From NCBI GenBank assembly GCA_040772485.1, contig JAXGYC010000009.1:64001-128000 (forward strand): a stretch of DNA of 64,000 nucleotides, read 5' to 3'. Every line of letters starts with the position of its first letter. The first letter of the stretch is position 1. This document shows positions 58,294 to 64,000 of the stretch, piece by piece. The notes under the pieces are model-generated. The model saw nothing but the letters and a program-made list of their open reading frames with translations. It was not told the origin of the DNA and made no database searches. The stretch comes from Sedimentisphaerales bacterium (lineage in GTDB: Bacteria; Planctomycetota; Phycisphaerae; Sedimentisphaerales; Anaerobacaceae). Both the position numbers and the translations under genes were made by a program.

Positions 58294-58914
58294 CGCAGGT
58301 CTCCTTGGTCTGGTATCACAAAGACTGACGAAAAAAAGGACTCGATCTGGGGAACAGATCTGTTGCGTACTTTCCGGCCCCGCCCCCGGAGCCCGGCCTG
58401 CGCGCCATGCGAGGTTCCCGGACCGTGCGATGGGCGTTTGGTGCGTCCGAAAGCTGAACCGACACGATCCATTCGACCTCACAAACAGGGCTCTCGTATG
58501 CCACGGTCTGCACAGTGCCCGATAGAGCATCCAGTTTCATCGCTCCGCGCTATGCCTGTCAAGCGCCAATATGACCGTTGTGGACAGGGGGTGCGAACGT
58601 ACGAAGGGGTGTGAACGTGCGAAGGGCCGGAAGGGTGCGAACGGCCCCGACGGCAGGCCCCCAGGGATACCCATCTACGCCTTCACGCACCACGGGCGAC
58701 GAAGTGATCCCGCCTCCAGTCTCCAGCCTCCGGCCTGCAACCTGCCGTGCAACGAGATACGAGCGAAGCCTGCCCCTTCGGCCGTGCTCAGGGCAAGCTC
58801 CGAGCGCAGTCGAGGGGAGATACGAGATTCGCCCCCGGGCGCCAGCCCGCCGGCCGCAGGATGGGCTCGGAGCCCATGCGGCCACTGTTTCACGGCTTTT
58901 TCGGGAAAAGCCTG

Positions 58915-58943
58915 TTGACATTATGTCATCAATCGGCGATAAT
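58915..58943 (+). promoter_or_regulatory. higBA promoter with palindromic operator
   Basis: TTGACA-N17-GATAAT; TGACAT-T-ATGTCA palindrome overlaps the -35. Confidence 0.75.
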
Positions 58944-58952
58944 AGCAGGATA

Positions 58953-59261
58953 ATGCGAATCATCAAGACGAGCATGTTACGCGCGTTCTGGGAGTCCCAC
59001 GGACAGGCCAAGGCATCGCTTGGGCTGTGGGTGCAGCAGACGAAGGCCGCCGAGTGGCAGAGCTTCGCCGACGTGCGCAAGACCTTTCCCAACGCGGACC
59101 GCGTGACGACAGCCAGCAGCCGGTCGGTAGTGGTGTTCAACATCGCTCATAACCGCTACCGACTGATCGCGGCGGTGCACTACAACATGCGTATCGTCTA
59201 CACCCTGCTGATTCTCACGCACAAAGAGTACGACGCCAACACCTGGAAGGGACAGCTATGA
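58953..59261 (+). CDS. higB: HigB family toxin
   Basis: MRII...W...DVRKTFPNAD...VFNIAHNRYRLIA...THKEYD. Confidence 0.92.
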   Translation: MRIIKTSMLRAFWESHGQAKASLGLWVQQTKAAEWQSFADVRKTFPNADRVTTASSRSVVVFNIAHNRYRLIAAVHYNMRIVYTLLILTHKEYDANTWKGQL

Positions 59262-59677
59262 GAACGCGGACCTTCACGCACGACGACATTCCGGCCAGCT
59301 ACGCGGAACTGATGGGGCTGTTCATGGTGCGGCCGCTGCATGACGAGGTCGATTACCGCAACGCCCTGGGCGTGCTGGACGCGATGGCGGGCTATGACCT
59401 GAATTCCGATCAGGCCGATTACTTCGAGGCCGTCGCGACTTTCGTAGAGAAATACGAAGCTGAGCATCACCCGATCAACGATCCGAATCTGCCCGTGGTA
59501 GAGTTGCTTCGGCATCTCCTGGAAGAGCACGGCATGGGCGAGTCGGACCTGGGCAGGCTGCTGGGCGATCGCAGCCTCGGCCACCGCATTCTCACGGGCG
59601 AGCGCGAACTCAGCAAGGCGCACATCCGCATCCTGGCCGACCATTTCGCGCTGAATCCCGGCGCATTGCTCCGATAG
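59258..59677 (+). CDS. higA: HigA family HTH antitoxin
   Basis: VEKYEAEHHP, LRHLLEEHG, ILTGERELSKAHIRILADHF. Confidence 0.9.
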   Translation: MRTRTFTHDDIPASYAELMGLFMVRPLHDEVDYRNALGVLDAMAGYDLNSDQADYFEAVATFVEKYEAEHHPINDPNLPVVELLRHLLEEHGMGESDLGRLLGDRSLGHRILTGERELSKAHIRILADHFALNPGALLR

Positions 59678-59992
59678 CCCTGTCGCCCCCAAGGGCGACG
59701 GGTGCGAAGGGTCTGAAGGGTGCGAACGTGCGAAGGGGTCGAAGGGTGCGAAGAGGTCGAAGGGTGGGAAGGGAAGGGAGCATCGGCCCCTGTTTTCACG
59801 AGATACGAGCGAAGCCGAGGGGAGATACGAGATTCGCCCCGGCCGCAGGCGCCAGGCCGTAGGCCGTAGGATGGGCTTCAGCCCATGCTGTACGTAGGCA
59901 GAACGCATCTACGCTTCTACGTTCCGATGCTCCGACGCAGCGCTGCCCTCTCTACGGTTCCACGCGCGCCCTGGAAAAAGTGCCGGACACCT

Positions 59993-60979
59993 CTAATTCC
60001 TCGTCGGTTCGCCGACGATGTAGCGGCGACCGGTGGTCCGGTCGGAAACGTGCGTTCCTTTCGGGAAATCCACATGGAACAGGCCGTCGTAGAAGTTGGG
60101 ATCGTTGACGACGATGTCGGAAACCTCCATCGAAGTCTTCCTTGCCACTTCCGGGGGGCCGGTCTCGAAGAACCACACCACTTCCCCTTCCACGGGAAAC
60201 CATATGTCCGGGCCGACGTCCATGAATGTAGCCTCATTGAATCCCACCAGGTGTTGGCCGCTATGATATTCAGTCCGTATCAGAGAGTATCCTTGCGAAG
60301 GATCGAGGGTGCCTGTTTCCCTACCATCATCTCCACTGAAGATCGTGATGCGATAGAGTCCGTCCTCCGTTCTTTCGACGTCGACCTTCGTATTCTCAGC
60401 GATCGTTCTTGAGAGCCGATCGTAGAAGTTGCCCCCAAATTGGCGCCATGGCCGGCGAAATCTCTTTGTTGTCTCGAAAGGTCTTTCGTTGCTCAACGTG
60501 GCTGATTTGAGATTCTTCGAGTCCTCATAATACTCGATGGCGTTCTCTCCATCCCAGGTGACTACCTTTCTGGTAGAATCGGCAGCGATGAGGATACCCT
60601 TCTCGCTGGCCCGTCCGGAGTTCGTTACGATGCGAGCACGTCCCTCGCTGTCAATGGCCACGTCAAGTCTCTCAAAGCGATGCTCGCTGTAATTCTCCTT
60701 CAGGCGACGAATCTCATCCTCCGCCCGTTCTTCTGGGTATTTCTCCTTGAGTTGGAGGGCAAGCCTCTCCAGTGACAATTGGAAGGCTTTCGGGGATTGG
60801 TAGTCATGGTAGATGGCTGTGTGTTTCACATCTCTGATCTTCTGTCTCGCCCCCCGCATTTCCTCCAACAGGAATCGCGCCGGGTTTTCATCCCGGGATG
60901 GCGTCTGGGCGATTGTGACAGGGGCAATGCCGTACGCGATGATACAGAGGCATACGATTCCCACCATTGTCCTTTTCAA
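59993..60979 (-). CDS. Secreted hypothetical protein, lower GC
   Basis: TTG start with AGGAG RBS; signal peptide; beta-rich C-terminus ending FPKGTHVSD. Confidence 0.7.
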   Translation of the reverse strand: MKRTMVGIVCLCIIAYGIAPVTIAQTPSRDENPARFLLEEMRGARQKIRDVKHTAIYHDYQSPKAFQLSLERLALQLKEKYPEERAEDEIRRLKENYSEHRFERLDVAIDSEGRARIVTNSGRASEKGILIAADSTRKVVTWDGENAIEYYEDSKNLKSATLSNERPFETTKRFRRPWRQFGGNFYDRLSRTIAENTKVDVERTEDGLYRITIFSGDDGRETGTLDPSQGYSLIRTEYHSGQHLVGFNEATFMDVGPDIWFPVEGEVVWFFETGPPEVARKTSMEVSDIVVNDPNFYDGLFHVDFPKGTHVSDRTTGRRYIVGEPTRN

Positions 60980-61027
60980 AATGATCTCCTATTCCCTCTT
61001 TCAATCAAGAGTACATCTGGTTTCATT

Positions 61028-61411
61028 CTATTCTGATGCTGAACGCATAGGCGAATATGGCAATAAGCCAGCGACCAGCGTACCGGTATGATCGGCAAGG
61101 GGCACAGTATTCTCTCGTGTGCCAACTACAACTGCCGCACGCACCAGCCACGCTGTGTCGCTGACCTCCTTGCCAGGCGGAATACCCTCCCAACCAATTG
61201 GCTCCACCAGGAAGCCGTTGTCCTTTGCCACACGGTGATTGACGCGATCAACCGCATGTCTCACAGAACTCCGAGCATCGGCAACGTCGCCCGGAGAAGC
61301 TATGAATACAATAACCGGTTTGAGAGTCTTGGCGGCCACGGATCCTCTTCTCGGAACAGCAAACAGTGCGCGAGAGAGCATAACGTCTTCGCGCGCAATC
61401 CGGCGGGGCAA
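61028..61411 (-). pseudogene. Truncated DUF4062-like N-terminal fragment
   Basis: VFIASPGDVADAR...VDRVN...PIGWE, after which resemblance is lost. Confidence 0.55.
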
Positions 61412-61712
61412 GACTGCGGATGTGCCCTGTGCTCTATGCTCGCTGTCCCGTTCTCACGCTGCCTTCTCGACATCGGGCAGCTATCCCACACATCTCGACC
61501 TGACCGCGCTGCCCCGCATACAGAAGGCGCCCAACTCTCATTATTCGCACGTTCGTCAGGGGTGATTCGCTGGGCGCTACTATGGCAGGTCAGGGGCGGG
61601 GCTGTCAAGGCCCGGTCTGCGGGCCTTGACCGTCGCTCGTGGCCCGGTCCTTGGCAACTCTTGGCCTGACTGTTGATGATTCGCTATTGATTGCGGATCG
61701 AAGGAGGCGGCG

Positions 61713-62869
61713 TCAGGTACTCTCCCTGGCTTGGTGCTTGTTTGTCCTGGCGAGTTCGGCTTTGAGGTCGCGTGGGGCGGGCAGGGCGTCCTTGAGGTTG
61801 GCGGGCAGCCTCTCGACCAGGCGCGTGACATAGCGAGCGATGCCCAGGGCTTGGCCAAGTCGCGCAGGGCGTACTCGGCGATGATCTTGTTGCGAGTCTT
61901 GCACAGGATCAGGCCGATGGAGGGTTTGTCGTCGGGATGACGCAGTAGGTCGTCCACGGCCGAGAGATAGAAGTTCATCTTGCCGGCGTACTCCGGCTGG
62001 AAGGGTCTGGCCTTCAGGTCGATCACGACGAAGCAGCGCAGCCGCAAGTGATAGAACAGCAGGTCGAGATAGAAGTCCTCGCCGCCGACTTCCAGGTGCA
62101 TCTGCTGGCCGACGAAGGCGAAGCCCGCGCCCAGTTCCAGCAGGAACCTGCGAATGTGGTCGAGCAGAGCCCGTTCCAGGTCCCGTTCGGCCGCGTCGGA
62201 GGCGAGAGTCAGGAAGTCGAAGGTGTAGGGGTCTTTGATCACCTCCCTGGCCAGGTCGGACTGCGCCGGCGGCAGCGTGGTCGAGAAGTTCGTGAGGGCT
62301 TTGCCCTGGCGCGCGTAGAGGTCCGAGTCGATCCAGTGCACGAGCACGGCGCGCGACCAGCCGTGCTCGACCGCTTGCCGGGCATACCAGAGACGCTGCT
62401 GTGGGTCTTTGAGCGACTCCAGCAGGACGACGTTGTGAAACCAGGGGAGAGACGCCATTGGCTCAGGCGGCGCGCCGGCGTCCGCTCGTCTCGCAGCCTG
62501 CGAGACAATTGCGGTGTCCTGGGGATAGGCCAGGTGGAAAGCACGCATCCGATAGATATTCGCACGCGAGAAGCCGGCTAATCCAGGAAACTCCCGTTGG
62601 ATATCCGTGGCCAAACGACCGATTACCGCTGCCCCCCAACCTTCGAGGCGCTGGCGTTCAACTATGTCTCTCCCGATGTCCCAGTAGAGCTGAATCAGTT
62701 CGCGATTGACGGAGAGCGCGGCCTTGACCCGGGCGGTCCGAATGCGCGACTTCACCTCTTCCAGGAACCTGGCGTATCCGGCCGGCGATCCGGCAGGAGG
62801 CGGCTTTATGATTCCTCGCCCAGGGCGGGCGGGATTTGACGGCTTGGGCTTCGCAGGGCGTCTGGCCAT
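61713..62869 (-). pseudogene. yhcG: YhcG/DUF1016 PD-(D/E)XK nuclease, frameshifted near the C-terminus
   Basis: YWDIG, KDPYTFDFL, FLLELGAGF, DLLFYH, GKMNFYL; expected tail LGIARY...LP lies in another frame from ~61848. Confidence 0.8.
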
Positions 62870-63452
62870 TCTCCACTCCTCCAGGCAGATCAGATCCCTG
62901 AGGGACCGGGACTGCCGTTCGTCACAGCTTCGCAGGGGGTGTTTCGCTGAAGAACATCATGGCAGGTGCAAGAGCGGATGTCAAGGCTTGTTCGCGACGC
63001 GATTACCCGTTTCCTGCGGGAGTGGAAAGGAACCGTTTGTAGTGTGCCCGTGAGGGCATACCTTCGATGGAGTTGGTAACGCCTTACGGCGTCACTACGA
63101 ACCAGACCCTGACCCCAAGCCAAAACGGGTAGTCGCGTCTTGTTCGCCAGGCATTCCGCGCCATTGGCAAAAGCCCGCCGTCCAAAGTGCGGGCCTTCAC
63201 TACCAGCAATCCGCCAAGGTAACGCCTGACGGCGCCACTACGAACACGCCCTTTCAGGGACGCCTTGCCGATCGCGTCCGAGGCGATCGGATTATGACAA
63301 ACGGGTCACGGTGGCCTGCCGGTGGAACTCATGTTGCCCGAGTCCAACCGGTACCTGCGAATCGCAGGTAACGCAGTTGGCCCACCCCCAGGGTGGATAC
63401 AGCGGGAAGGCTCAGCCCTGCGTTGGTTCCTGGTGAACATCGCGGTTTTGCC

Positions 63453-63606
63453 GAGATACGAGATTCGAGATACGATAGGCTGTAGGCCGCAGGCCGACCG
63501 GGTGCGAAGGGTTCAAGGGTTACCAGGGCTGCACCAGGCTGGAGCGCACGTACGCTTCTGCCCTTCTACGCATGCCCGAGATACGAACGACGAGATACGA
63601 GATACC
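63453..63606. repeat. 7-mer GAGATAC tandem repeats (also 53544-53566, 58752-58830, 59798-59836)
   Basis: cgagatacgagattcgagatacg. Confidence 0.75.
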
Positions 63607-63669
63607 CCTGAGTGCGAAGGGTGCGAACGGTGAGAAGGGGTCGCGGGGACGGTCGAGGGCTTGCGGCGG

Positions 63670-63996
63670 CTACGCGGAGAGTGGGACGCCGTGGTGGAGG
63701 ACCCAGGCGGCGAAGCCAGCTTCGTCGTGCTGATGGAGGGTTGCGGCCGGAAAGAAGTGCAACTCGATGTCGTCGCCCGCCTCTTTCTGGACCGCCACGG
63801 CCACGCGAGCGCGATCGTGCAGGTCCCACGACTCCAGACCTTCAATGAAGACCGCCAGATCGATATCGCTCCAGCGGTCGGCGGTGCCCTCGACGTGCGA
63901 ACCGAAGAGATAGGCGGCCGCAACGCTGGCAAATCGCCGCAAGTAGATGACCGCCTCGGTCGCCCGCGCCTCAATCATCTCATCGTGCTGAGCCAC
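63670..63996 (-). CDS. Minimal nucleotidyltransferase (MNT)
   Basis: YLFGSHVEG...WSDIDLAV; a HEPN partner may lie beyond the window edge. Confidence 0.85.
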   Translation of the reverse strand: MAQHDEMIEARATEAVIYLRRFASVAAAYLFGSHVEGTADRWSDIDLAVFIEGLESWDLHDRARVAVAVQKEAGDDIELHFFPAATLHQHDEAGFAAWVLHHGVPLSA

Positions 63997-64000
63997 TGTA

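Noticed and set aside
63340..63380. Hairpin TACCTGCG/CGCAGGTA as an ncRNA
   Set aside because: Single hairpin in a repeat-rich gap with no recognisable family

Overview
GC-rich bacterial chromosomal window with about 50 CDS. I recognised no rRNA, tRNA, CRISPR array or transposase. The gene-family mix (prepilin/H-X9-DG protein, PQQ-propeller, Tat-exported Gfo/Idh/MocA, LamG multidomain proteins, GH30) suggests an anaerobic planctomycete of the Phycisphaerae/Sedimentisphaerales type; this is inference. Ordinary content includes leuA, a MoxR-DUF58-transglutaminase operon, zupT, an ECF sigma/anti-sigma/YbjQ/NfeD/SPFH operon, a Kef-type antiporter, HU, a PfkB kinase and toxin-antitoxin genes. Most notable observations: (1) a three-gene Fap-like export module (Sec-exported peptide with a double-glycine-like motif, FapF-like barrel, FapD-like C39 peptidase) whose substrate looks cationic rather than amyloid-like; (2) many palindromic REP-like and 7/9-mer repeat families, including copies inserted in frame in a metabolic enzyme and a ~24-bp element nested in itself and in other repeats; (3) a MetF-MetV-like-pterin-binding triple fusion; (4) a DNA methyltransferase fused to a GIY-YIG-like domain; (5) a ColRS/methyltransferase/InaA-like locus with triplicated methyltransferases; (6) two domain-shuffled LamG genes sharing a long structured leader. 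All family calls come from motifs read by eye, with no database search. Many start codons were adjusted from the ORF track using RBS or signal-peptide context.
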